NCBI GenBank assembly: GCA_030141605.1
Contig: JAQGDQ010000084.1
Coordinates: 620,001-684,000, forward strand
Length of the DNA: 64,000 bases
From: Tubiluchus corallicola
Lineage: Eukaryota; Animalia; Priapulida
Direction of reading: 5' to 3'
In this document: positions 1-13,630 of the stretch, piece by piece
How positions within the stretch are numbered: position 1 is the first letter of the stretch
Layout: each line of letters begins with the position of its first letter
Notes under the pieces: model-generated
What the model was told of the DNA's origin: nothing
The model's input: only the letters and a program-made list of their open reading frames with translations
Database searches by the model: none
Translations under genes and position numbers: made by a program

Positions 1-1707
1 TATTTTTCTGTAAATCCTGTTTAAAATGTATCCACTAATGGTATTACTGTCCTAATTTAAAATGGTATTTTACTCACTTACTTGATATAGACAATTATGG
101 TTGAAAATCACTGTTGGAAAATTACACCCATCACTGTTTTTGTTTTATTAAAATTTATTTTTTTTTGTATATATTTAACCAAGTTATTCTATGTGCGACA
201 TATATAGTGTAAAACTGCTTTTCCTCTTTGTACACCCATAATATAACTATAATTTTGTGTAGTGGGTGCTAATTTCTTGTTTTGAGCGTTGTGAGAAATG
301 CTTTGAAGTTTTTATGCATACAAGCAAATGTAGGTCACTAGAAAGGTTGTGATTTTGCTTGTGAATGTCAGTAAAGACTTTGTTGTCATTTTCAGGCCTC
401 GTAATTTCATGTCAACGTTCTTTCGGATTATGCCTGAGTTATGTAAAAAAAAATTAGACCAAATGGACTTCAGTGCCACTGTCATGTTTACTTTATTCAT
501 CACGCCTTACCTACTGCTTGCTGTCAATCTTAAAAGAGCTTCCTTCAGTATTTTAGACAATATTCATAATTTTTTCGCTAATTGTCGTATGGTAGCCACC
601 ATAATTGCACAACGAATATTAGGATTGCCGAATGGACGAATATTAAGCCAAACGCAATCAAATCTAGCCAAATCTGTGAGTTAAATAATTCAGTTTGTAG
701 TCAATCAATAATCAATAATCGATGTTTAGTTTTATCATTCGAAAGCAGCAATAATGTTTGCCGATTTTAAAGAAACATTCCTTGGTTAAGCGAAATATCA
801 ACACCATTGTTATACAGAGCTTTTATTTTTGCAAATATATAAGCAAACTTGATAATTGGTAGGTGAACAATGGGTTACGCAAGCCAAATGCAACGAGAAT
901 GGGTTTTGGACATTATCTAAATTTATGGAATTTTGAGGCCTGAACTTTGCTAAATTTCAAGTGGAAGGTATTTCAGCTATGCGTAATGTTTGTAATAATG
1001 TGTGCTCTAAGCTTCACTGAAATACCTTGAGCAGATTTGCAAATGTTAAAACAAGCCCAGTGACAAGTTGTGGAAATTTAATAAATTTGTGCATCTTATT
1101 ATTTATTTATTTGTTGTACATAGGTTAATTGGACGAATATTAGGAACCTGTTAAAATTATTCAGCAATAACGTGTAATCGTGTCATTTAATTCGAACTTT
1201 TATACCAGCTTAGCCACATTGAATAACATCGTACAGTTTTGGACAAGTTAGATTGTTATTCTTGCAGTAGCTGAACAAAATACTATAGCATTTCACAGTT
1301 AGCTTGAGACACGAAGATTTAATGTTTGCTACCCGAGTCGCAAACACACAGGTTGAGAGAAAAAGTGTGATCTGCACTATGTCGGAATTGTATATTTTGT
1401 TGAAAGCGTTTTTTAAATAAAAGGCATGAAGTAATTCATCATATTCAAGTATTATGTTTTTTATTTTGCATTTAATGTTTCGAAATTAACAACTTGCTTA
1501 AATCCATTGAAGAAAATAGGCAAGCTACATAATTGAGTGCACTTTTAGCACGAATTATTGTTTATGTCATAATTACGTAAAAAGTGCTACCTAACTACAA
1601 ACCATTATCATCCAAAATATTAACGAATTAAGACGAGTCATTTATTCGGATTTGCTTTCATCTTACCAATTTAATTTTGAATGCATCCACTAGATGGGGA
1701 AAACACC

Positions 1708-1721
1708 GTTGTTGTGACAAC
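1708..1721. promoter_or_regulatory. Possible RFX X-box upstream of SPATA4
   Basis: Near-palindromic 14-mer GTTGTTGTGACAAC about 180 bp upstream of the ATG of a ciliary-type gene. It is an imperfect match to the GTTGCCATGGCAAC-type consensus. Confidence 0.3.
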
Positions 1722-1899
1722 CGCACAACAAAGCCATACAGTGCACACTCATGATTACGTTATAGCAGTTGCTGCGCTTTTCTTGTGACCTTGTGTAAGA
1801 TGTACTATAGGATAAGTGACTACCATGGATAGATCTAGCACTTTTTGCGACAATGATGATACGTTTTAAAAAAAATTTCCAAAAGTTTTTGAAATACAA

Positions 1900-4800
1900 A
1901 TGGCTGCACTTCCAAGAGAGGTGCTGAAATGGCTTCAAAGTTTAGATTTGAGTAGTCCAGTAAGAAACACAAAATGGTAAGCTAGTCTGCAGTACACTTA
2001 GTTGTAATAATATTAATTTCCACATTTAAAAAACTTTCGGTGATATATTACACTAGTGCAAAAACAAAAGTAGGCAATTCTATCTGTGTACATATATATA
2101 GTATAACTCTATTACACAGTCGGCATAAATCTTGGATTTAAAGCAATGTAACGTGGCAGTGCTTCCCTGTCAAAAAAACTTGTATACCTTTTCCTTTTCT
2201 ATGTCTGTGCATAGCATCCAGTTTTTAGATTCAGAATTTTTGGTGACATTTTGGGTTTGTCAAACAATTTGACTTGTAATACTGTATTAGTTGATCGCAT
2301 TGATGGACAAGATATTATGCCTAGACTTTGCTCATGTAAGTATATGATCAGAAATTTTTACCACTTTACTCAAAGATTCTAATAGTATGGCAGCATGGGG
2401 TCTTTAAAGATGTGATGCCCTGGGCCCGTGGCGGGTTGTAGCTAAAATTAGCGGGGTGCTCCTTCGGAAAATTTTTTGCCATTTTAATATTGTGCAAAAC
2501 GAAACAAAAATACGTAATTTTAATGTTGTAATTTGTAATTGTAATTTTAAACAAACAAACGTATGAAAGTTGATACATAAACTTGATAAAATCCATTCAC
2601 GGTAAGCACATGAAAATTGACAAAAAACTGTGTGAGCGACAGTACTTTCTCTGTCTGGGCTCAGACATGCACATGCTCACAGCAACCAAACAGCGTGTAC
2701 TAGAGCGCATTGTGCTGGGCTATGAAGCAAACAGTACTACCCTCACATACTCTGGTTCCATACAAGTATAAAGAAAGAACTAAAGAAAAAGACTAATTAT
2801 ATTGAGTATTATCGATAATATCGAGTGAAAATAGGGGGTGCTGTAGTTCCACAGTATTTATACACAAGCCGCCACTGCCTGGGCAATTGCCCAGTGTGTC
2901 TGTGCCTTACACAGCACTGTTTCAAACCAAAAAAGCCAAAATTAGAAAAAAACTGTTTTTGTAGTGAAAAAACCATAGCCGGTAAACCACTCTTAGGGGA
3001 AGTAATCTTGTATACAATAACATGGTGATCTTAGTTCATGAATGCAGTTTTTATTAATTTTGCTTCTGCACAGGGATTTCTCCAATGGATACCTAATAGC
3101 AGAGATATTTTCCTGGTATTACCCGCAGGATATTCAAATGCACTCATTCTCAAATGGAACGGCTTTGCAAATCAAAACGGAAAATTGGCGTTTATTACGT
3201 AAGGTAAGTCCAGTGCTTTTTACACTTCTAATTTGAGAACACGAGGTGAGCTGTTGTAGTTTATCTGGTAACTCTGTTGTTCACATTTTGAAAAGGTTGG
3301 TTAGTTTGCTTTAAAGCAAAACAGTATGATTTTTCATATCCTACACCATTTTGAAGTACGATAAAATGTATACATTTTAACATCTGTAATAGTGCCAAAG
3401 CATTTCTGATAATTAAATATTAGGCTAAAAACTTAATTAATGACTGGCGAGCCAAGGTAGTGATGATGTCACAAACGAACACAATTTTCAACAACACAAA
3501 CATTCCATTAGTGTGTTGCAAGTGTTTGTCACATAATACATAGGTTTGAAAAAATAGTATGTTTCCTTTCAACATTTTAAAGAGTAGACTGTTTTGACTT
3601 ACAGTTGTGGATTGAGTCCAGTTTTCCTTTTAATTAATTTTCTACGATGCCTTGATGAAAAAATGCAGATAACTTCATAAAAAAAGACGATGATAACAGC
3701 AGAACAATACAGCAAAATAAACACAAGTGTATAGTAGCTTTACTAGGAAATTAAAGCAATTCCAGAACTTAAATTCGGAATATTTCTTGCATCTGTTTAA
3801 AGTGATTTTTTTCAAAAAAATTTACGAACAAGTTTTTAGATCCAAAAATTCCCACTTTCGTCCTTTGTTTGACTCTTACAAGAGCCATGCTGCTATCAGC
3901 ACATTTGTTCCTAGGTATGATGTCACTTCGTCCTCATGGCTTTGGTAGCCATAGGTTATGTACGATTGACCTCAAAGCATTTGTGGTCAGCTGTGTGCCG
4001 TACAGCAAGCCACAATGTCAGGTTGAAATGAGATGATTCTTGCGTGTACATTGCACAAACATGGCCACTTGGTTGGCTGTTTATTTTCTCAATAAAAAAC
4101 AACCAGTTATTACATCCGTGAAGGTTTTCACATTGCATGATATTCTTGGTAACTTTTGTTAACAAATAAATGAAACTAAAGTTACATTACAGTTTAGAAT
4201 CTTTTTAATCACTCATATGAAATTAATGCCTCTCTCAGTCTGTCATTGGAAGAATGTAATTACGTGAACATCACCCTGTAACTGTGTTGATAAATAATGT
4301 CTTCCTGTAAAGTTGATGAGTTGAGATTGACAAGTTTGTACTGGACCACACTGTGTTATGAGTTGCTATTGGTTACAAAATCACTCTGAACAAACAGAGA
4401 TGCATTTGTGGCATTACTCCTTTTTTATTGTCAGTGAATAAAAAATAACAAAAACAAAACATCACAGCTGTCATCCTAAGCAGTCGACATTACTTCCACC
4501 TCTATAACAACTAACTAACTAGGTCAAAATCAAGTTACAGAACACTGGCGAGAAGCCAACCTGGCACTTAAATCAGAATCGGCAGGCGGATCATAACATT
4601 GGCCTTAAATAAAGATAAAAAATTCTGATATAAATACTGATATTTCTGATATAAATTCTGATGCAACCTTGCTATAACTTACTTATCATTAGTCATGCCT
4701 GATTATTTTTGACACACTTCGACACGGTACACGCTGGAAAGCACTCAAAACCAGTGCCTACGCGACAAATGTGACCGGAGCTTAGCTCACCATCTAGAAC

Positions 4801-7800
4801 AACCCTCTACGATGGGCCACTGAACCAACAGAGGATATACTGGAAACAGAAAAAAACACTATGAAAGCTACATATTGGTAGCAGATGATTAGTGCTATAA
4901 TGACTTTTTTCTCCAGTTAACTGATTTCTGAGAAAATGGCATTTTTAAAAAGCATTTTCTGAGAATTTAAGCTATCATTCTCATCAATTTTGTCTCACTC
5001 TGGTGTAAAAAGCAGTTATTTTCAGTTCTAAGAAAACAGCATTTTTAAAAAGCGTTTTCTGAGAATTTAAGCTACCATTCTCATCAATTTTGTCTCACTC
5101 TGGTGTAAAAGTAGTTATTTTCAGTTCTTCACGAAACAAAATGTTGAAATTTCTCAAAAATTGATGGAAGCTACAATACACTGCAAGGAAGGAGCAGGAA
5201 GACTCATCGTCATGCGCACGTATGAAATTCTTACCAATAAATGGTGAGTTGTTACAAATGCGAAGCAGTTTAGTCTTACCAACAGTTTATTAAACAACAC
5301 AATTTGAGATTTGACAGTAACATACGTAAATAGATTTGGTGTATGTCAATTTCTGTATTTTTGGAAGTTCAAAATATTACGCCGTGTATTGTGAGCATTA
5401 CTCCGTATTGTTACTGCCCTTATTAGCATGAGTATTAACATAATTACAGTTTGTTTAATACACATCACAATTCTACAAACAAGAGTTAGTTGTGAAAAGA
5501 ATGATACCTTATTTAGCCTTTTGCCCATTTTATTTCACGTTCAGATGACCTGGCTTCGTTTCACATTGGGACGATGTTCATATCACCTCATTTACAGAGA
5601 AACAATAAGCCTTTTCACAGTTTCGTTGTGCACAAGCACAGTTGCTGTAGGTCAAAGGTTAAGTATACCACAGCAACACGTCTTAACTACAACCCTCATG
5701 TGACATGTAGGTAAAGCAAAGCTGTCTGCCACATCAGTTCAGTAAACTTCAATTGCTTTACGTGAAATTTACTTAATTATGCATTCATCTGTGCGTAGAG
5801 TCATTTATTAGCAGGATTTTAAAATGAGAAAAAGAAAAAATGAACTAACACAAGTGTAAAAGATTTAACGAATTCATCGTGTTTTGCTAAAAACTTTCAA
5901 TGGAGAGCCTAAAGGTTTTGCCTTAGATTTAATCAGACAAACCAGCATTTCTAAATGCACATTGAAATGACAAATGAGTCTGCACATTGTACGGCATTAA
6001 CAAATCACAGTTGACCAACAAAATGATACGCTAAAATATGGTTGTAATTAGTGGTAATTTGTGCTTAGTGTTTTACCTGTAGTGCAGACATAGATTCTGT
6101 ATTTATTTTGTGACTTTCTTTAATCAGTGCTTGCATTACAAATGAGAAAATAAGAATTTTGTTTTGTGGTTTTTTTCCTATTTGTTTTTATCTTTCACCT
6201 TAAAGTTATGCGCAGCATTTTAATGACGGCGTGTCTTTCAATTTTATTCTCTTGAATTTTTTACTTAACGTTGCTGTTATAGCTTGTATAGGCAGTTTTC
6301 CATCTGTGTTTATTCTACTCTGTCCTAGATTTTCTTCCATTTTTGCAAAATGTAAATGTGTGAATGTGAATGATTTATGTACTGGTATGTACTTGAAACT
6401 GTGTGCTGTAATAAATGGTCTTAGACTGTTTAGCAATGATCAATAATGCGCGGACATTCCACGTAGTTTTGTTTGCCGCTTCTCGCATGATGATAGGCTA
6501 ACACAACTTACTTACATGTAAAGTCTATACCTCTATAGAGCGGCGGGTGACAACAATACCTGGAACAGCCACGAAATTTCTCAAACTCAAAGACAATGGA
6601 TGTTCCAAATAGCATGCAGCACAGGGGGGTAGAAAAAGAACTTAGAAATACACCCCTCACATTTCGTAAAGTATACATCTCTCCCAACAAAACCTTCAAC
6701 ATTTTGTAGACCGGTTCGTCCTCTTTCTGCGTGTGTGCCTTTTCCCAACTTGCCCATACAGTTGCACAAATTGAGTTTTTCTAGAGACTGTTTGAGCAAT
6801 TTTCAGCAAAATTTGTGTGGTTGGGTCCGGGAAAATTCCCGTAGCGGGCATTTGTGGCCCTCCCGTGAAATCTAAATATGACTATTAAACCCACCGTTGA
6901 ATGCGCTATTCAACCATTATCAGCACCGCCCTCGGCACGTTCCTGTTCTCTAGAAATAGGAGGTATAAGTATTCGTATTGGGTTAGATTTCATTGTTCTT
7001 GATTTAACGTAAATGTAACCGCTATTTTCGTAATGAACGTGATCCGTAATGCGTGATCTTTGATCCATAATGCGTGATGTGTATTGACTGTTTCCATGTG
7101 TCCATAAACGCTACATGAATTAGCAAAGCCCACGACGCTCTTTCTTGCCATTTTTGGTCACTATTCGTGAAATTGCAAGCAATAATTTTTGGAAACCATG
7201 TCTCTGGCGCACAAAATTTATGCGTGATAATTACGACTACGGTATTACACTGCTAGACGAAAGTTTTGGGTGCACAACATTTTCCAGGAGAGAGAACAAT
7301 ATGGCAGGTATCATCATTTAGTGAAAGAACTGCAGTTAGATGCATAATACATATCTACATGCTTCTTCCACCTCTCAAAAACTCGAATAGAAAAAACATT
7401 ATTGTTTGTATGTCCTAGAGTGACTAAAACTCACCCAACCAGAATTTTCAGAAAGCCAAACTGCGAAAATGGTCACCGGAAACTTGAAAACTCGCTATAA
7501 TCACCTAGGCAACGACGGTTTCCTGTCTGCGTATCGCTGAGTAATCGTATTCGGACAACAGCGATCATGTTCAAATGAATACGGATCACGCATCATGCAT
7601 TACGGATTACGCATTACATATACATGGAAACACTTCTACATGTTTAAATACAAACTGTTGTACACACATTATGGATAACACATTGCGCACACATGGAGTC
7701 GTACAGAAATAAGAACGATTTATGTTCTTTATTGCTACTAGTTTGCAGTATGCGAAAAGTAGTGATTTCACAGACAAAGAGTACCAGAACAAACTCCCGC

Positions 7801-8759
7801 TCCACGCCAGGTCTACAGCTTCAACTGCGGTTAAGAGCAACCTTCGTAGTTCAGAATGTATCCAGTATCCAAGCATAGATGTTGGTCAACAGAAGGTACA
7901 CGAAATGCTAGTAAATTTAAGCATTTTAGGAAAGTATTAATAATTACAGTTAATAAAATTTCGCAAGTATTAATCTTGATGTTACAAAAACAATGTTTGA
8001 CAGTATCTAATGATATCTCGATACTTTTTTCAATATCGTGTAATGTAACATGGTACTTCACTAAACCATTATGCGATGATGTTCCTTTAGTCTTTTTATG
8101 ATCTTCCCCCAATGCTGCCATGGCCATTGAATGCATAATTTATTGTAAGATAAACTATTAACTACTCTATGACTACATCAGTACACGTGTCTCACCCAAC
8201 GAATTTGAAACACCTCAGTTTGCAATTGTGCGCATGTAAGGCGAGAAAAATAAAGAAAAACACAAACATTCCTTGTGCTAAAATATTGCCTTTTAGTCAG
8301 CATGTAACACGTATATTCTGCTGTCAGTTAATTGAATTACTGTTCAATTGCAGATTATATCGATTCATACATAGTTGTAATCGCAATTAATTCGATTAAT
8401 CTATTAGTCGCCCATCATTAAACCACGTGGTCCACTAACTTAGAACTTAAACATTTTTCCTTGCATTTTAGGCAGAGGCCATTATCAAAACACACAGTGA
8501 GCTCAAACAACATGCAAAAGACATATTTCCGGCAAGGTATAAAGTACCCCGGAGTGTTCGATCTCCTCTGTGCCACGGAAAAAGTGCACCAATTCTAGAC
8601 GATTCTGAGGAGACGAAGACACCGACTTCTGCAGTAATGACTTGCAGCTCCAGTGACGTTTTAATACAAACGTTGAAACATAGCGAGACGAAAAAGCGCT
8701 CCATTTTGCGGCATACTATCGTAACTGCTGTTGAAAATGAACCAAAGGACAATTCATAG
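1900..8759 (+). CDS. SPATA4: Spermatogenesis-associated protein 4 (SPATA4/Spef1-like CH-domain ciliary protein), 5 exons, 255 aa
   Basis: Exons are 1900-1976, 3074-3203, 5125-5243, 7742-7895 and 8472-8759. All introns are GT-AG and phases are consistent (768 nt). Translation [26 protein letters not shown]|[43 protein letters not shown]|[25 protein letters not shown]...|[20 protein letters not shown]... matches recalled SPATA4 motifs (VLRWLQGLDLS, DFSNGFLIAEIF, TIHCK, FTDxxYQxxLP). AATAAA at 9029-9034. Confidence 0.9.
2427..2877. mobile_element. hAT-like MITE in SPATA4 intron 1
   Basis: Terminal inverted repeats CGTGGCGGGTTGT / ACAAGCCGCCACTG, flanked by near-identical 8-mers cctgggcc / cctgggca. 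Confidence 0.6.
4931..5128 (+). repeat. ~100-bp tandem duplication that copies the SPATA4 exon 3 acceptor
   Basis: 4931-5029 and 5031-5128 are nearly identical, and both end in ttattttcag-ttct. Confidence 0.9.
5604..5776 (-). mobile_element. MITE family B, terminal fragment
   Basis: AATAAGCCTTTTCACAG terminus. The body is the reverse complement of the 3' halves at 32960-33134, 37578-37749, 58630-58788 and 62680-62846. Confidence 0.7.
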
Positions 8760-9969
8760 CAGGAAAGGAAAAATTTGAATATTAGTATTTCTTACTTTCA
8801 TCTGACACAGATTGAAGAGAATTCTATGAATCACTGTGCCAATTTTAAGCACACTTTACATGCTTTGCGGTGCTTTCATTTTAAGCATAAACACTTTCTG
8901 TAATTTGCATAAATTATAGAGAAAAATGTTATTATTTTAAAATATACAATTGTGATAAATCGTGTATAACTAATATGTTGAACTTGAACCCTATATATAT
9001 ATATATATATATATGATTATGTTATGTAAATAAAAATTCTTTCTTTTACAAGTTATAAGTGATTTTAAGACTGGATTGAAACAAACAAATACTGTGCTGT
9101 GACTGCATCATTAATCGTACAATCCTCAGCAGTTCATTAAGTACAAAAATCTTGAAATTTTTCAGTTTTTGACAAATTTGAAAAAACTTTACCATCACCT
9201 TAAGGATAAATTGAAAGTTTACCATTTCCTGTTTAAAAAAGACAAATCAAACAATAACTTAACTTTTGTTGCGGAGTTCGGAGGAACTCGCGTTGATGTT
9301 TGAACTGAATTTCAACTTTAAGTTTTTTGTAGAGTTAGAGAATGGAAACTGCATGTGGTGACAAATATTAAAAATGCCAAAAATTATTTTGTGTTAGAAT
9401 GCGATTTCTTATAATTTAGTCTAATGCTGTATGTGTGTTACAATGCCACGTAGACACACGAACCCAAACTATCATTTTTCATACCTTTGGTCCTCCGCTA
9501 ACCTAATGATGCAGATTAGTTGATGCTGAAACCATCCCACATTTCGAATATACCCAGTCACAGCCAAAAAATAACCACAGACGCTTTATCTCTTTTGCAA
9601 AAACAAAATGTTTACCCTTAGATCATACCCAACTGTCACTTCAAGTGTTGCGTGTTAGCCAAGATTCTACGCCTAGCATAGCAGAATACTAAGCAGACAG
9701 AGAACACATAAATTACCAGATTTGTAGAAAAACGCATCGTTTGTGTTATCTTGAAGCCAAAGAACTGCTCAGAAGACTTATCATAAAATTGCATTCCGTA
9801 CTCATGTTCAATTATGAAAACCACATTTTATTGTGTTTATTTTTGAAATCAGAACTGCTTAATATCCCAACATGAAATTTGGTTCTGTTAAATTAACTTT
9901 TTTTAGTTGGAATAAATTCCTGTTATGATAGCTACGAATATCAAAGTCTATTGGTGCTGGCTGCCACTC

Positions 9970-10407
9970 CAGCGGTGGATACAGGCTTTACAAAAAGGGT
10001 GGGCCCAATGAAAAAGCAGCTAGGGGGTCTGGGAAATTGATGTATTTTACTGTATTTTAGATCATTTTTCTTGCTGTTTCCTCAAGCAAATTCAATAGTT
10101 TGAAACTCATTATGTCACATCAAACTTTTGACTCGTAATTACATACCACCAATATACTAGTATACACACTAGTATAGCATATAACTGCACACAGCGATAT
10201 CTTTGCCAAAACTTCAATTATCACTTAAAGGGCACAAACGTTTTTACACTGAAATCATTAATGCAGAACTTTTTTATGAGTCATTAAATGCTACCACTGA
10301 ACGTTCTAACGCTTATAATCCAGAGAAAACATTCACTAAGTGTGTGTAACTGCTACTACAAAAGGGTGGACCCAGGCCTCTTTGGCCCACCCCTAAATCC
10401 GCCACTG
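9970..10407. mobile_element. hAT-like MITE
   Basis: Termini CAGCGGTGGAT / ATCCGCCACTG with GGGCCC-type subterminal boxes. The target-site duplication is not preserved. Confidence 0.5.
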
Positions 10408-12149
10408 CATTCCCTATCTGTCCTACTCCCCCTTTCAAAAATTTTATTCCTGTGTCCTGCAAACTCAGAAATTAGGAATAAGAATGGACTAAATTACAAA
10501 ATCAACATTAAATTTCTATAAATAGATAGTACTTTGTGATTTCCTTATTTGCTGCTTATCCTTTGCTTAGGTACAGAAGTTTGGTACATAAGTAAGACTT
10601 AGATAAGAGAAGTGCCCTGCAACATTGCTAAATAATGGAAATGAAAACGCAATTACCAGTCTCTGATAACCAGTAACTCTGCAAACTATCTAAGCATCTA
10701 CTGGACTTGTTCACCTCTGCTCTCTCATTGAAGTTTGCTTTGGCAGAACTTGTCCATAACACTGATTCAGTGCTATTTATGCATCTTCTTAATTAAGCAG
10801 CATTGTGATCTAAAACAAAGTCAATCGAATAGTTATTTAAAATCTTAATATCAAGTGTATCATTAATAAAAGTACAAACCCGCTGGAACCAAAATTAAAA
10901 AATAGTAAAGTTGAAAATTTGGAACACGGTCAGCAATTTATGAGATTAAAATGTTTAATAAACATTTATCGTTAATAAACATAGACGTTAAATTTTGTCT
11001 TACAATTATTTTCTTTGCAAATCTAATTCATCATCAACATTACTACCAATGGATACAATGTCATCATTAGCATCAATTTATTAGTCTGTCATCACCATCG
11101 CCATGGTCATCAGCATTAATATCACTATCGTTGTCATCATCATCATCATCAACATCGTCATTATCATTTTCTCGCATCTGCTTACTTCGCTCCATTTAAC
11201 ATATTTTTTGTTGTTGTTTATATCATTAATTTAGTGTTATGTTGAGCGTAGCTTATAAGTTAATTTTTTCTGCAGTGCTCATAGCACTGTAATGCATTGT
11301 TAATTTGTAATTTTATAACTTTTATTTTGTATGTGCTAAATGGCTGAATAAATAAATCTAATGATTTTAACTAGTAAGTAATTTTTAACTAGTACTATTT
11401 TAACTATGCAACTAAAACGCTTCACGCAGCACTGTAGCCTGACGATGAAGAAATTATCAGTAGGAATAATAATTAACACTTATGACTCCATAAAAATCAT
11501 TTAACTCATTAGATTCACTTCTCTTCAAGAACATATTCATAAATGAATTGAAGTTTTTCTATCAGGAATCAGTGGCTGGCTGGTAAGTCGCACGGGTAAC
11601 CGTTTTACTGGCTTCGCACTGATTTCATTTCATCTTCTCCATTGTCAGCACAGATCAACTTTTCTGCAATAAGCTGCGCTTTATGATCTGCAAATATGTG
11701 TCCTCTAATATCCTATAATCATCGGCGTCGCCAGAGTTTAAAAAATTGACGAACAAGTAGCTAGAGGGTCTGGAGGAGTGCTGTAAGCTCTCCCTGCGGG
11801 GTCTGAGGTGGAGCCCCAACCACCAAGTTATTTTCCTGTATGTAAGCACAATTTGGAGGCCTTAAATGAGATCTAGATTCTGGTACACAGACTTCCTCAA
11901 ACGTGAAAAATTCTGTTTTAATAAACATATTTTATCTACATTTACCGAGGTAATGTTCATTGTATTCTATTGCAGTAGTTACATATCTTAAAAGCAAGTT
12001 CATAATACGCTGCAATGCAGATGACCCATTACTTAAGCTAAATTTATTTAGTGTCAAGATTATCTATGCAGCAAAATGTGGATAGTCAAACATAAAACTG
12101 ATTTGAGACATTTAAGTTTACAGCCCCCGCCCACTAGACAATCTGCTAG

Positions 12150-12180
<31 letters not shown>

Positions 12181-12370
12181 ATTGTAAAGATTTGTAACAA
12201 TGAAATAGTAACAACACATACATATATTAAAATACATAAATATTAGACATAACAATGCAAAAAACATAACAAAATAATTCCGTAGCAAATTTACAAAAGT
12301 ATGATTTAAATTAACTCCGACAAAATTGATTCAAATTCGATTACAACAATGGGAAGAACCAACTGTGCTA

Positions 12371-13630
12371 TTAATCATAGCGTACAACAGATTGCAAAAC
12401 TTTTGGACTATATTTAAACAAAGGAATAACCAAGCCAGTCATTAATATCAGCACAGCAAATGTTGCACTGTATCCGAAAAATTCTGCGATTGACCCCACA
12501 CACGAAGAAAATAACAACTTTCCTAGAACTTCCACAGTCGTTAGAACAGCGTAATGTGTGTTTCGCACATGATTAACAGACTGTCGTGAACAGTGCATCA
12601 TGATCGTAAATGTTGCCGTGGTAACTGCTCCGCTGTGAAACTGCAAAACGACAATGCAAAGTACTGAACTGATGGACAGCGTCAGTGGATTGGCCTGCGC
12701 ATAGAGGGTTAGCGTAAGCATTCCGAACAAGGGTACTAATCTGACCAAACAATGGCGTTTTAAGGATGTTAGAAAAGACGCTTTTCTTACAGAAAGCAAA
12801 AAACCCCCATAAACTGAGCCAAATATGGATGAGGACATGCCAAGTATGCCTGTCCAAAAGTTTACTGATGTGCTAGATACTCCAGCATCAATCAGAAACA
12901 ATGGAAACAGCGATAAAGCACCTTGCGAACCAAGTTTATAAGTTAACACAAAGACTAACATCCAAAGTGTCCCGGGTGTTTGTGTCACACTTATATACAC
13001 TCCAATCCATGTTTTCCAAAAACCCAAGTCGCTAGCCGTACGTACGTCATGGCCAGTATTCAATTTTTCGTTATTTGGAAAAGTTAGTTTGCATTTATAG
13101 GCTATTGCTAAGATGAAACTAAGAAAATAAAGAGAAGAAAGTAATAAGAAAGTGAAAAACCAGCCTAACCAATGTTCGCTGAATGTCATAAATAAGCCCC
13201 CAAACACTGCACCAACTTTATATGCAACGACCTGCACGGAATTTCCAAATCCAAGTTCAGCGTCTTTCAACATGTCAATTGCTAGTCCGTCTACTGCTAT
13301 GTCTTGAACTGCCGTAGAAAGGTTTAAAACGAATAACACAAAACAGACAGTAGAAATCCGGTTCAAATCGGTCAGCGACAACATAACGCACGACGCAGTC
13401 ATAAGCAGTTTAGTCATCGACAACCACTGAAAGTGCGTCCCTCGTCGATCAACTAACGGTGCCCACAAACCCTTTAACAGCCAAGGAGACAGCAGTAATT
13501 TCATACCGCCGATCCTCGTCAGGGTGGAATTGCGAGTTCGCATATATGTAGGTAAAAAGTTTGATTGCAGTCCATATGGAATGCCTTGTGAAAAGTAAAA
13601 CCATGCCAGCAAGGCAATTTCTGTTCTCAT
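12371..13630 (-). CDS. MFSD3: Major facilitator superfamily domain-containing protein 3-like (AmpG/acetyl-CoA transporter-related MFS), single coding exon, 419 aa
   Basis: Long hydrophobic ORF with YFSQGIPYGLQ, PWLLKGLWAPLVD, AVQDIAVDGLAI, GNSVQVVAYKVG and THYAVLTTVEVLGK, typical of MFSD3/AmpG-like proteins. First ATG is at 13630 (the ORF-track start is TTG). A splice acceptor (tttttcag) ends at 13656. Minus-strand AATAAA at 12043-12048. Confidence 0.88.
   Translation of the reverse strand: MRTEIALLAWFYFSQGIPYGLQSNFLPTYMRTRNSTLTRIGGMKLLLSPWLLKGLWAPLVDRRGTHFQWLSMTKLLMTASCVMLSLTDLNRISTVCFVLFVLNLSTAVQDIAVDGLAIDMLKDAELGFGNSVQVVAYKVGAVFGGLFMTFSEHWLGWFFTFLLLSSLYFLSFILAIAYKCKLTFPNNEKLNTGHDVRTASDLGFWKTWIGVYISVTQTPGTLWMLVFVLTYKLGSQGALSLFPLFLIDAGVSSTSVNFWTGILGMSSSIFGSVYGGFLLSVRKASFLTSLKRHCLVRLVPLFGMLTLTLYAQANPLTLSISSVLCIVVLQFHSGAVTTATFTIMMHCSRQSVNHVRNTHYAVLTTVEVLGKLLFSSCVGSIAEFFGYSATFAVLILMTGLVIPLFKYSPKVLQSVVRYD

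Noticed and set aside
70-684. ORF 349-684 and minus-strand splice-like signals near 80-110 and 510
   Set aside because: There is no recognisable protein and the phases do not join. It could be UTR of a gene outside the window, but that is unsupported here.
12371-13630. Horizontal transfer of bacterial ampG
   Set aside because: The motifs fit animal MFSD3, which is broadly present in metazoans. The gene has an upstream splice acceptor and host-like composition.
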